From positions 1 to 44,665 of the forward strand of contig JACQKQ010000034.1 of assembly GCA_016204465.1 (NCBI GenBank): a stretch of DNA of 44,665 nt, read 5' to 3'. Below are positions 27,475 through 38,458 of the stretch, one piece after another. Origin of the DNA: Candidatus Levyibacteriota bacterium (GTDB lineage: Bacteria; Patescibacteriota; Microgenomatia; Levybacterales; UBA12049). The position numbers and the translations under genes are program-made. Each line of letters starts with the position of its first letter. Within the stretch, counting starts at the first letter, position 1. The notes under the pieces were generated by a model that was not told the DNA's origin, searched no databases, and saw nothing but the letters and a program-made list of their open reading frames with translations.

Positions 27475-29325
27475 ATGGAAAAAGACTTTCTCAATGATTT
27501 AAATAAAGAACAAATTGCTGCAGTAACCCACACAGATGGACCAATGGTAGTATTGGCAGGAGCTGGAAGCGGCAAGACAAGAGTGATTACTTATAAAATT
27601 TCTTACCTTGTACAAAAAGGTATTGATCCATTCAGGATACTAGCTGTTACGTTTACAAATAAAGCGGCCAATGAAATGAAAGAACGTGTTAAGCGTTTCT
27701 TTCCAAAACAACCAACACCGTTAATTACCACCTTTCATGCCCTCTGTGCAAAATTTTTGCGCATTGATGGAAAGCATATTGGTCTTTCTTCATCGTTTGT
27801 GATTTATGATGAGCAAGACCAACAAGACGCAGTAAAAGAAGCTATGCTGAAATTGGCTATACCAACAAAAGAGTATAAACCAAACTCAATATTAGCTTCA
27901 ATTTCTCAAGCAAAAAATGAGCTTATTGATCCGCAAATGTATATTTCTTTAGCCAGGGGTCATTTCCAAGAAGTCGTCGCCCGCGTTTACCCTTTATACC
28001 AGAATATTTTACAGGAGAATAATGCTGCTGATTTTGATGATTTATTGCTAAAAACAGTGCATCTTTTTAATAATTTTTCCGATGTTGGCGCAAAATACCA
28101 AGATAGGTTTCAATATATTCTAGTAGATGAATACCAAGACACTAACCACGCACAGTATGTCCTCACGAAAAAATTAGCCCAAAAATGGGGCAATATCTGT
28201 GTTGTCGGCGATTTCTCGCAAAGTATCTACAGCTGGCGTGGTGCTGATTTTCGCAATCTCACAAAATTTCGAGGGGATTTTCCAAGTACCCAAACTTTTG
28301 CGCTCTCCCAAAATTACCGTTCTACACAAACAATTTTAACAGGCGCATCAACCATTATTGCCAAAAATACAACACATCCTGTACTGAAGCTTTGGACAAA
28401 AAACCCAGAAGGAGACTCTATTACCATATATGAAGCTAGAAACGAGCAAAACGAAGCAGAATTTATCATAAGCGAAATTTCTCAGCCAAAGGCTGATCGG
28501 CCTCTGGCCGAAAATTTTCAATACAATGATGTTGCCGTGCTATATCGAACCAATGCCCAATCGCGTGTCATTGAAGAAGTTTTTTTACATAATGGAATCC
28601 CATATATACTCATTGGAGGTACGCGATTCTACGAGAGAAAAGAAATTAAAGACGTCCTCGCTTACCTTCGCTTGCTTGATAACCCAAAAGATATGGTTTC
28701 TTACAAACGCATTGAAAAACTTGGAAAAGGACGCTTGCAAAAATTTCTCGATTTTCAGTCAACATTTGATGCATCAAAATTTCAAACGATCGAAGTGCTC
28801 GACCAAGTAGTTAAGCACACAGGGTATCTTGAGCTATATGACGAGCATGATGAGGACGACAAGCAGCGTTTAGAAAACATCAAAGAGCTTCGTTCTGTTG
28901 CGGTTGCATTCCCTAAGCTCACAAATTTTTTAGAAAATGTTGCCTTGGTTGAACAAGAGTATACGCCAGAAAAAAAACTTGGGACTAAAAATCCGCCAGC
29001 TGGCGGAGCAGTAACACTTATGACACTGCATGCGGCAAAAGGACTTGAATTTCCTATAGTGTTCATGATTGGTATGGAAGAGGGACTATTTCCCCATTCA
29101 AGAGCAACCATGGACAGGCATGCACTAGAAGAAGAACGCAGACTTTGCTACGTTGGTATGACACGAGCAAAAAAGAAACTCTATTTTTCATATGCCAGGA
29201 AACGGCTCTTCTTTGGCCAGCGCAGCTCAAATACTATTTCGCGGTTTTTGCTGGAGCTTCCTGAAAATGTTCTTTCACAAAATACCTCTTTGGTGTATAA
29301 AGATGATGCGCCGGAATTTCTATGA
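27475..29325 (+). CDS. pcrA: UvrD/PcrA ATP-dependent DNA helicase
   Basis: LAGAGSGKT, VDEYQDTN, QNYRST, LYRTNAQSR, TLHAAKGLEF and EEERRLCYVGMTRA motifs. Confidence 0.95.
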   Translation: MEKDFLNDLNKEQIAAVTHTDGPMVVLAGAGSGKTRVITYKISYLVQKGIDPFRILAVTFTNKAANEMKERVKRFFPKQPTPLITTFHALCAKFLRIDGKHIGLSSSFVIYDEQDQQDAVKEAMLKLAIPTKEYKPNSILASISQAKNELIDPQMYISLARGHFQEVVARVYPLYQNILQENNAADFDDLLLKTVHLFNNFSDVGAKYQDRFQYILVDEYQDTNHAQYVLTKKLAQKWGNICVVGDFSQSIYSWRGADFRNLTKFRGDFPSTQTFALSQNYRSTQTILTGASTIIAKNTTHPVLKLWTKNPEGDSITIYEARNEQNEAEFIISEISQPKADRPLAENFQYNDVAVLYRTNAQSRVIEEVFLHNGIPYILIGGTRFYERKEIKDVLAYLRLLDNPKDMVSYKRIEKLGKGRLQKFLDFQSTFDASKFQTIEVLDQVVKHTGYLELYDEHDEDDKQRLENIKELRSVAVAFPKLTNFLENVALVEQEYTPEKKLGTKNPPAGGAVTLMTLHAAKGLEFPIVFMIGMEEGLFPHSRATMDRHALEEERRLCYVGMTRAKKKLYFSYARKRLFFGQRSSNTISRFLLELPENVLSQNTSLVYKDDAPEFL

Positions 29326-30308
29326 ACTCGTCTACATTTAATAAAACAGCCGCTCACCCTTTGCAAAGCTTTGAGTGGGGAGAATTTCGAAAGAAAACCG
29401 GCGTGAAAGTAATCCTAGGAGACTCATTCCAGCTCACCATTCATAAGATTCCCCACACACCATGGAATATAGGGTATCTGCCTAAAAGTGCGATACCAAC
29501 AAAAAAGCAAATAAGCGAACTTATTCGTATTGGTAGAGAAGAACACTGCGTTTTTATCCAATTAGAACCTAATGTTGATAAGGAATCGAATTATGAATTA
29601 GGAATTAGGAATTACGATATTAGGCCCGCGGCTCACCCCTTGTTCACAAGGTATACCTTTGTTCTCGATCTCACAAAGTCAGAGGATGAACTCCTAAAGG
29701 CTATGCATCCAAAAACTCGCTACAACATACGGGTAGCGCAAAAGCACGGTGTAGAGGTTGTTGAAGATAATTCAGATAAAGCGTTTAGAGAATATCTTAA
29801 ATTAACCGAAGAAACTACCAACCGGCAAAAATTCTACGCCCACACGAAAAGGTATCACGAGAAGATGTGGGAAACCCTAAAAATTTCAAATTTCAAATTT
29901 CAAATTTCAAATTCTCAAAGATTGACAGCTCATCTTCTGACGGCCAAATACAAAAATAAAACTCTCGTTGCTTGGATACTCTTTGTCTTCAAGGATACCC
30001 TCTACTATCCATACGGCGCATCGAGCAATGAACATCGAGAAGTTATGGCAAGTAATCTTGTGATGTGGGAGGCAATTAAGTTTGGAAAAAAACTAGGACT
30101 AAAGAAGTTTGATATGTGGGGCGCGCTTGGACCTAATCCAGACAAAAATGATAAATGGTACGGATTCCACCGATTTAAAGAGGGTTATGGAGGGCGGCAC
30201 GTTGGATTCATCGGCAGCTACGATTTGGTGATTAACCCTTTTTTGTACGAGATTTATAAGGTAACCGACACCCTACGCTGGTTTTTGCTTAAGTTAAAAC
30301 ACTATTAG
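29322..30308 (+). CDS. FemABX-family peptidoglycan bridge aminoacyltransferase
   Basis: HPLQSFEWGEF, KTRYNIR.A.K.GV, YYPYGAS, FDMWG and GFHRFKEGYGG motifs. Confidence 0.9.
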   Translation: MNSSTFNKTAAHPLQSFEWGEFRKKTGVKVILGDSFQLTIHKIPHTPWNIGYLPKSAIPTKKQISELIRIGREEHCVFIQLEPNVDKESNYELGIRNYDIRPAAHPLFTRYTFVLDLTKSEDELLKAMHPKTRYNIRVAQKHGVEVVEDNSDKAFREYLKLTEETTNRQKFYAHTKRYHEKMWETLKISNFKFQISNSQRLTAHLLTAKYKNKTLVAWILFVFKDTLYYPYGASSNEHREVMASNLVMWEAIKFGKKLGLKKFDMWGALGPNPDKNDKWYGFHRFKEGYGGRHVGFIGSYDLVINPFLYEIYKVTDTLRWFLLKLKHY

Positions 30309-30464
30309 TTTTCAACGAAAAGTATGTAAGTTTTCGATAAAAAGCAGAATCTGTTTTATACAAAAAAGTTTAATTTTAGCCTCAAATCTATACTTTCTAA
30401 AAACTATCTCCAAACTATTTGGTGAAAACTTATACCGACTCGAAGGAAAATCAAGGAATTCTTT

Positions 30465-31604
30465 TTAGAGGGCTAAAAGTAGAATGGCGCCGATAAGAAC
30501 GAGAGCAATACCGGCAATACCTACTCCTAGCACTATATCCTCCGGGCCTGTAGGTTCGATTGTTGGCTGTACTGCTACTTCCGTTGGTGTTGGAACCTCA
30601 GTTGGCGTTGCAGTTGGAACTGTTGTTGCAGATGGTGTTGCTGTTTGACCTCCTGCTCCTCCTGTGACGGTAATCGTTTGCTCGCATTTGGTATTTGGTG
30701 CGTTTACAACGTTTGCGTTATTTGTAAGTTTAGCTGTTGCTTTATATGTTCCGGCGTTTATAAAAGTATGTGCTTTCTGCAAGCTCACCTTATTTGTTCC
30801 AATGCCGCCGCCGGTTGTCACATCTTCCAACGGCCCGTCACCATAATCAAACGTTACCTTTTGGATTGTGCCCACCGCATCTGAACCGTTTACGGTGAAG
30901 GTAATGGAGAAAGGCGCACTGCCGGATGTTGTGCGATCAACGTTTAGGCTGTCACACGTTGGCGCTTGTGCAGAGGTTGTCGGTCCTGCTGTTGGCGATG
31001 GTCCTGCTCCAATTGCAATAAACGCAGCTGTTCTGCCTGAAGGTAGCAACACGTTTTCACTTGGCAAGTCGGATTCGGCGATTGAGAGCACTTGTGTTTG
31101 GGAATCAAATGTTACTTGTGTTGGTGTTGTGCCTGTTTCGGCAAGACCTTTAAATGTAACTGTCGCTACTTTTTTAGGTTCTTGTACGACGCTTGTTGGA
31201 TCAGCACCAACAGAAAGCGTCATCGTAATGCCCCCGCTTGTGTAGATATGCCCTTCAAGCGTTGCAGGGAAAGTTGTCGTATCTGGGCAGAGTGCTTCAG
31301 AACAGGAACCGCTAGCTGTAGCAAGTTTTGTTGCGTCGTACTTAATCACCAAACTGATAAAGGAGACCTGATTTTTGTTTGCACCAGGATCAACTTGTAT
31401 GTCAAGAGAGAATGTGTCACCAACTTTCTTCTGTAAAGGATTATTTTGTGACGACGAAGGAATAAAAGCAAGTGTTGTTGCCGGCGCTGCACGACTCTGC
31501 GTCTTCTGTTCTTGTTGCAGAAAGTACACCGTAAGGGGGACTGCAACCAATAAAGACACAATAAACCCTAGCAAAAGCAATTTTTTGCCTGAAAACAAAG
31601 ACAT
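30465..31604 (-). CDS. Surface protein with cohesin-like and PKD domains and a C-terminal TM helix
   Basis: QEQKTQSRAAP leader. VGDTFSLDIQVD...IKYD is cohesin-like. FDYGDG...HTF..AGTY is PKD. P/T linker and PTG-TM tail. Confidence 0.75.
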   Translation of the reverse strand: MSLFSGKKLLLLGFIVSLLVAVPLTVYFLQQEQKTQSRAAPATTLAFIPSSSQNNPLQKKVGDTFSLDIQVDPGANKNQVSFISLVIKYDATKLATASGSCSEALCPDTTTFPATLEGHIYTSGGITMTLSVGADPTSVVQEPKKVATVTFKGLAETGTTPTQVTFDSQTQVLSIAESDLPSENVLLPSGRTAAFIAIGAGPSPTAGPTTSAQAPTCDSLNVDRTTSGSAPFSITFTVNGSDAVGTIQKVTFDYGDGPLEDVTTGGGIGTNKVSLQKAHTFINAGTYKATAKLTNNANVVNAPNTKCEQTITVTGGAGGQTATPSATTVPTATPTEVPTPTEVAVQPTIEPTGPEDIVLGVGIAGIALVLIGAILLLAL

Positions 31605-31674
31605 ACATTTATAGTACGGGTCTTACAAAGATGTGTCAAGTAACATAAGCCCTCGAGATTTTAACTATAGGTTA

Positions 31675-31703
31675 TTGACAAACCGGTAGTTCTGTTGTAT
31701 AAA
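31675..31703 (+). promoter_or_regulatory. sigma70 promoter of groESL
   Basis: TTGACA (31675-31680), 17 nt spacer, TATAAA (31698-31703). Confidence 0.7.
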
Positions 31704-31730
31704 TTAGCAGTCACTTTCACTAAGTGATAT
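31704..31730 (+). promoter_or_regulatory. Degenerate CIRCE element (HrcA operator)
   Basis: TTAGCAGTC-N9-AAGTGATAT versus consensus TTAGCACTC-N9-GAGTGCTAA (8/9 and 6/9). Lies between the promoter and groES. Confidence 0.7.
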
Positions 31731-31747
31731 TTTTATCTTAAAAACGT

Positions 31748-32051
31748 ATGGCAGGAAAAGTAAAAATACGTATTCAGCCACTTTTCGATAATGTTCTTAT
31801 CAAACCGCTGGAGGCAGAAGAAAAAACTGTAAGCGGAATTATCCTGCCAGACACTGTAAAGGAAAAACCGCAAATTGGCCTTGTAATGGCTCTGGGTCCT
31901 GGAAAAGTAACTCCTAAAGGAGAAAAGCATAAAATGGTGATAAAAGTAAATCAGAAAGTTATGTATAAGAAATGGGGCGGCAACGAGGTAAAAGTAAACG
32001 GTGAAGAGTGGACACTGATCAGTCAAGATGATGTCTTGGCAATCGTAGAGT

Positions 32052-32053
<2 letters not shown>
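31748..32053 (+). CDS. groES: Co-chaperonin GroES
   Basis: IQPLFDNVLI...EEKTVSGIILPDT.KEKP..G.V.A.GPG. Confidence 0.97.
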
Positions 32054-33813
<1,760 letters not shown>

Positions 33814-33821
33814 ACGATAGG

Positions 33822-33849
33822 GTACCACAAGTACCACGAGTATCACGAG
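33822..33849. repeat. 9-bp tandem repeat, three copies
   Basis: gtaccacaa gtaccacga gtatcacga. Confidence 0.6.
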
Positions 33850-33860
33850 CAAAATTGATC

Positions 33861-33879
33861 CGCCGAAAGGCGTTTTTTT
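33861..33879 (+). terminator. Probable rho-independent terminator of groESL
   Basis: cgcc-gaaa-ggcg followed by T7. Confidence 0.6.
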
Positions 33880-34752
33880 ATGGCAACGCAAGAATTTCTC
33901 ACACAACATAATCAGCTTACCCTCTTGCGCGAGAGATTAGCAAACACGTATGAAGAGATTGAAGCAAGAGCCGTCTCTATGATACGGCAAGGGGAAGTAG
34001 TAGATAACCCAATTCTCACAGGGGAAAAACAAGATACTCGGTATGCTCTTGCAACAATTGCTATGATCACGGGAAGAGCAGATATGTTTTGCAGCCAAGC
34101 AACAGCAGCGGTACAACAAGTAGAGCCTGACATGCGAGTAGTTCCTGACGGGTTTCGTCATGTTACCTTACAGCTCAATTTTAGCAGGCAAGGACGTCGC
34201 AGTATTCTTGTTGATGCCAAGGTTGCACGCGCATACTATGAAGCATTAAGACAACAATTTTCAAGTTCTGGAAAACCAATTCGTTTAGAACTTTTGCGCG
34301 TATTACCAACGATTGATCAAGAGCAAGCTTCGGTATCTGTTGTTGGCGCATTTCTTCCAGTTGATGATATGCGAATTATCGAGGTTAGGAGGCAAGTCCG
34401 CCACGCAGCAGAGCAGAGTGGCCTTCCATTAGTAGGCAGACTTGGAGAAATACGGGTGATTTTTTCGACGTTAGGAAGACTGCCACATCCGCCTAGACGA
34501 GAGGGAGAAACAGCGCCTCTACTTGATGCAATAGATCATATCAACGGCCAAATACCAAAAGCATGCGATACAGTTATTGAGATGGTTGATATTCTCTCTA
34601 CAACGCGAATAAGCTACATGGGGTTAGATAAACACATTTTTATGGAACCGTCTCTATCATTGGTTAAGCCAAACAGAGCAGTTAAACCTCGTTTTGTTTC
34701 TGCTACTCAAAAAAACTTATTAGATAAAGTGAGGTTAACAAGATCGCCGTGA
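33880..34752 (+). CDS. Hypothetical protein, possibly a degenerate 2H phosphoesterase fold
   Basis: 290-aa ORF with one HxT motif (RHVTL). The second motif position reads FSTL. Confidence 0.5.
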   Translation: MATQEFLTQHNQLTLLRERLANTYEEIEARAVSMIRQGEVVDNPILTGEKQDTRYALATIAMITGRADMFCSQATAAVQQVEPDMRVVPDGFRHVTLQLNFSRQGRRSILVDAKVARAYYEALRQQFSSSGKPIRLELLRVLPTIDQEQASVSVVGAFLPVDDMRIIEVRRQVRHAAEQSGLPLVGRLGEIRVIFSTLGRLPHPPRREGETAPLLDAIDHINGQIPKACDTVIEMVDILSTTRISYMGLDKHIFMEPSLSLVKPNRAVKPRFVSATQKNLLDKVRLTRSP

Positions 34753-35543
34753 ATCAAACCGTTGCTTGCAACAATATCTTTTGCAAAAGCGTTCCATTTT
34801 TTGCCATAAGATGTTGTTATCTTTCCTCCAGCTTTTTGAATAAGTAGTCCTGCTGCTGCTTGATCCCACGGCTTAATCCCGCAAAACACAAATCCATCAA
34901 CCTCTCCTTTTGCAACCGCGGCCAGATCAAAAACCGCACTCCCCGACATGGTGAACGCTCTTACATTTTGAGAAAGGGGAGGAAACCATTCCTTGGCAAA
35001 TACTTTTCGTTTTGTCATATCCCATGATATGCCGCTCTCAATCCATGTTTCACGTAAAGTACTGGTTCCAGAAACATGTATAACTTGCCCATTAAGAAAA
35101 GCATAAGGGGAATCGGCCTGCGCAGTATAGAGTTCATCCTGCATTGGCAGATAAATAACAGCTGCTAGTGGCATGCCTTTTTCAACTAATGCAATAGAAA
35201 CAGCAAAATGGGGACGTCTTCTTAAGAAGTTTGTCGTGCCGTCTAAAGGATCGACAATCCAAAGACGATCAACGCTTTGCATATGAGAATAATCTTCTGG
35301 AGCGGTTTCTTCCGTAAGAATCTGCATTGTTGTAAAGCGGCGTTTTAACATTGAAGTGATTATCGCATCAATTTTTATCTCTACTTCTGTGTTAAAATCA
35401 AAATCACCTTTTGTTATTGCCCGACTTTCCCTTTTATAAAATTCAGCTCGAAGCTTGCCTCCAGCGGCTAGGGCAACATGAGAAGCAAAATCTAGCGTTT
35501 CTGCAAGGTTTAATCTACTGTGTTGATTGCGTTTATTTCGCAT
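34707..35543 (-). CDS. Inositol monophosphatase family protein (second paralog)
   Basis: ILTEE, WIVDPLDGTTNF, GSAVFDLAAVA.G and KPWDQAAA motifs. Confidence 0.9.
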   Translation of the reverse strand: MRNKRNQHSRLNLAETLDFASHVALAAGGKLRAEFYKRESRAITKGDFDFNTEVEIKIDAIITSMLKRRFTTMQILTEETAPEDYSHMQSVDRLWIVDPLDGTTNFLRRRPHFAVSIALVEKGMPLAAVIYLPMQDELYTAQADSPYAFLNGQVIHVSGTSTLRETWIESGISWDMTKRKVFAKEWFPPLSQNVRAFTMSGSAVFDLAAVAKGEVDGFVFCGIKPWDQAAAGLLIQKAGGKITTSYGKKWNAFAKDIVASNGLIHGDLVNLTLSNKFF

Positions 35544-35619
35544 ATAGTGCCTTATAGTGTCTCATTGGAAGATTCATTTGTCAAAGCAAGTTGTGCTGTG
35601 GTATAGTATCGGAAACTTT

Positions 35620-36465
35620 ATGAAGAAGCTTTTTGCTGTACTTTTGCTTTTTATCCTCATCGGAGTTGGGAGCGCATGGTATTTTTTGTACTTTAAGAAA
35701 AATGTTGAAAAAGGCGCGCTGCAGGTAACAGCGTTTCCAAAGAGCAAGGTATATATTAATGGAGAGTTAGTTGGTGAAACGCCACTTTGTCGCTGTGAGG
35801 CCAAAGACATGCTTTCGGCAGGTGAGTACAAGGTAAAAATAGTGCCTCAAGAAGGCGGCTTTGCTCCCTTTGAAGAGAAAGTGACAATCGTTCGATCAGT
35901 GCTTACTGTTTTGGACCGAGCATTTGGGCAGGGCGCAGAATCGCAGGGACACACTATTACCCTTCGTCCAATAAGTGACAATAAAAATCCCGAGCTTTTT
36001 ATAACTTCATTTCCCCAAGGGGCAGAAGTGCTTATAGACAAAAACGTTTCGGGGAAAACACCTAGGCTTTTGGAGAATATTACTGAATCAGACCACGAGG
36101 TGGTGCTAAGAAGAAAAGGCTATAAGGAAAAGACAATTCGGATTCGGACAGTTCCCGGCTACCAGTTAAGTATTATTGCTTACATGGGTATTGATACATT
36201 AGCAGCGTTTCCAATAGCGTCAGTCGCGGCAGAGGCAACATCTTCTGCCAAGCCAACACCTGTAGCACAGGTTGAAGTCCTCGACACGCCAACTGGGTAC
36301 TTAAATGTTAGGAAAAACGCATCGACAACAAGCAAAAAAATAGGTACGGTTACTCCAAGCGATATCCTTGAGCTGCTTAGTGAAGAAGAGGGGTGGTTTC
36401 ATGTAAAACTTCCAGACGGCACAGAAGGGTTTGTTAGTGCACAGTATGCAAAAAAGAAGGAATAG
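35620..36465 (+). CDS. PEGA-domain and SH3b-domain protein
   Basis: N-terminal TM helix, two PEGA-like repeats (G.TP) and a C-terminal YLNVRK...GWFHVKL..G.EGFVS SH3b domain. Confidence 0.85.
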   Translation: MKKLFAVLLLFILIGVGSAWYFLYFKKNVEKGALQVTAFPKSKVYINGELVGETPLCRCEAKDMLSAGEYKVKIVPQEGGFAPFEEKVTIVRSVLTVLDRAFGQGAESQGHTITLRPISDNKNPELFITSFPQGAEVLIDKNVSGKTPRLLENITESDHEVVLRRKGYKEKTIRIRTVPGYQLSIIAYMGIDTLAAFPIASVAAEATSSAKPTPVAQVEVLDTPTGYLNVRKNASTTSKKIGTVTPSDILELLSEEEGWFHVKLPDGTEGFVSAQYAKKKE

Positions 36466-37407
36466 TCATCCAATGATGTAGATGATGGTAGTAACAAGGA
36501 TAATCCAGATGACTACCGTTGCAAGTAGAGGTTTGTCGGAAAGTAGCACCTTGTCAGGGCTTTCTCCTTCGTGCTTTTCATAAATATCCTGCAAATACCG
36601 CATAAGACCATAAACGACAGGAATAATAGTAATCATGAGCCACTTTCGTTGCAAAAATACGGGAAGAAAATCAGGCAGTAAAATGCTTAAAGAAATCTTA
36701 AAACCAACCGGATTTTCAAGGAAGGTAAAAAGTGTGTAGGATATAAACGTAGATGTTGCAAAGATTGATGCGTAGACATCAAGGAGCCGTTCCGAGTAAT
36801 GCGATAAAGATTTACGTACAGCTGCTTTTTGTGTATCTGAATACTGGGAAATAAGAGTTAGTTCAGATCGTCTTTTTCCTATTGCCAAAAACAGCGAAAT
36901 GGCAATGGTTGTCAGCAAAAGCCAAACAGAAATATGGACACCCGATGCAAACTCTCCGCCGTAGACGCGCAAGATGTAGCCTGCAGCGATAACGAGAATA
37001 TCAATAATTGCTATATTTTTCAAAACGACAGAGTAGGCAAACTGCAAAAAGACGTAGATAACCGATAGCAAAAAGAACGCTGGGTTAATAGTGAAGCTTA
37101 ACCAAAGAGAGAAAATAATAAAAAGCAGTGCAAGGATTATTGCGTACAACAAAGAAAGATCGCCATGGGCAAGGGGACGGAATTTCTTGAACGGATGGAG
37201 CCTGTCTTTCTCTCGGTCGAAGATGTCGTTGATAATGTAGATAGCGGAAGACAGTCCGCAAAAGACTATAAACGCAGCAAGCACATCGCTTATGATTGCT
37301 CCATTGAACAACTCACCGCCGAATACCGCAGCGGCAAAAACAGCAAAATTTTTGATCCATTGCCTAGGCCTGACAAGTTTTAGTGTTCTATAGGCGAGTT
37401 TTTTCAT
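36466..37407 (-). CDS. UbiA-family (decaprenyl-phosphate phosphoribosyltransferase-like) prenyltransferase
   Basis: RPRQWIKN, YIINDIFDREKDRLHP.KK.RPLA.G and LAIGKRRSEL motifs. Confidence 0.88.
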   Translation of the reverse strand: MKKLAYRTLKLVRPRQWIKNFAVFAAAVFGGELFNGAIISDVLAAFIVFCGLSSAIYIINDIFDREKDRLHPFKKFRPLAHGDLSLLYAIILALLFIIFSLWLSFTINPAFFLLSVIYVFLQFAYSVVLKNIAIIDILVIAAGYILRVYGGEFASGVHISVWLLLTTIAISLFLAIGKRRSELTLISQYSDTQKAAVRKSLSHYSERLLDVYASIFATSTFISYTLFTFLENPVGFKISLSILLPDFLPVFLQRKWLMITIIPVVYGLMRYLQDIYEKHEGESPDKVLLSDKPLLATVVIWIILVTTIIYIIG

Positions 37408-38452
37408 CCCTATCTCGTAAAAGAAAATGGAGAAAAGTAATGCCGCCGCCAATGACAATACTTATCATGATAATTGCAAATAATTTGCCTCTGCTTGAAA
37501 GCGTTAGTGAGGTTACACCCAATATAGCAGATACAAGCCAATAAAACAATGCAATACGCCTTTGAGTGAAACCAAGTCGAAGCAGCAGATGATGGAGGTG
37601 TTGGTTGTCGTGCAAAAAGGGAGAGCGTCCAGAAATGATGCGACGGCCAATTGTGAAAATCCCATCAATCATCGGCACACCCATTACCATAATCGCTGTT
37701 GCCAATTTTGCACCGGAGAGTATAGAGACAACGCTTAAGAGAAGATACACCGCAGTTGCGCCGTAACCCGGAAAAATTTTCGCCGGTGAAAAATTAAAGA
37801 GTAAGAATCCAAGTGCGCTTCCGGCCAGAATAAACGACATTGTTGCAGCAACAAACGTATTTTGATCGGAAAGCGGAAACCGCATACTCAAAGCGCCAAT
37901 GACAATGCCTGAGATAAAAACAATTCCCGGCATTTGCCCGTCAACCCCCTTGCTCCAGTTAAGCATATTCATTACCCATACAATCCAAAGAAGGGTAATG
38001 AGTTCGGAAAAGTAAGGAAAGCCTACATCTGTAAGGTATAGTATGCCGCCCAAGGGATTTGTGATAAATGTTATTGTTGTACCGCTTGTAACAATAATGA
38101 GTGCGCAAACAATATTCATCAAAAACCTAATATATGGAGAAATGTCATATTTGTCATCAAGTAGCCCAACACTGAGCGCTAGAGCAGAAGCGGCAAAAAT
38201 TGCTGCAAGTTTTGGTGTAAAAGTAATAAAAAGCGCGCTTGTTACAATAATTCCAAGGAAAAAAGGGAGTCCACCTCCCCTTGGAACAGGTTTTGTATGG
38301 ATAATCGCAGGATGTTTATGTGTCAGCGGATCATCAAAGAGTTTCAGTTTTCGAATTAATGGCAGAGAAAGGTAGGTGAGTATAGTTGTTGCAAAAAAGG
38401 AAACTAGTATGGGATACAGTGCAACAGAGATAATTGACGGCGCGTCAAGCAT
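37388..38452 (-). CDS. MraY/WecA-family polyprenyl-phosphate sugar-phosphate transferase
   Basis: PRGGG, GLLDDK, NMLNWSKGVDG, FNFSPAKIF and D..HLHH.L motifs. Confidence 0.9.
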   Translation of the reverse strand: MLDAPSIISVALYPILVSFFATTILTYLSLPLIRKLKLFDDPLTHKHPAIIHTKPVPRGGGLPFFLGIIVTSALFITFTPKLAAIFAASALALSVGLLDDKYDISPYIRFLMNIVCALIIVTSGTTITFITNPLGGILYLTDVGFPYFSELITLLWIVWVMNMLNWSKGVDGQMPGIVFISGIVIGALSMRFPLSDQNTFVAATMSFILAGSALGFLLFNFSPAKIFPGYGATAVYLLLSVVSILSGAKLATAIMVMGVPMIDGIFTIGRRIISGRSPFLHDNQHLHHLLLRLGFTQRRIALFYWLVSAILGVTSLTLSSRGKLFAIIMISIVIGGGITFLHFLLRDRDEKTRL

Positions 38453-38458
38453 GCTATT

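Noticed and set aside
30309-30464. Replication origin
   Set aside because: The region is AT-rich but has no convincing cluster of TTATCCACA DnaA boxes and no dnaA/dnaN nearby.
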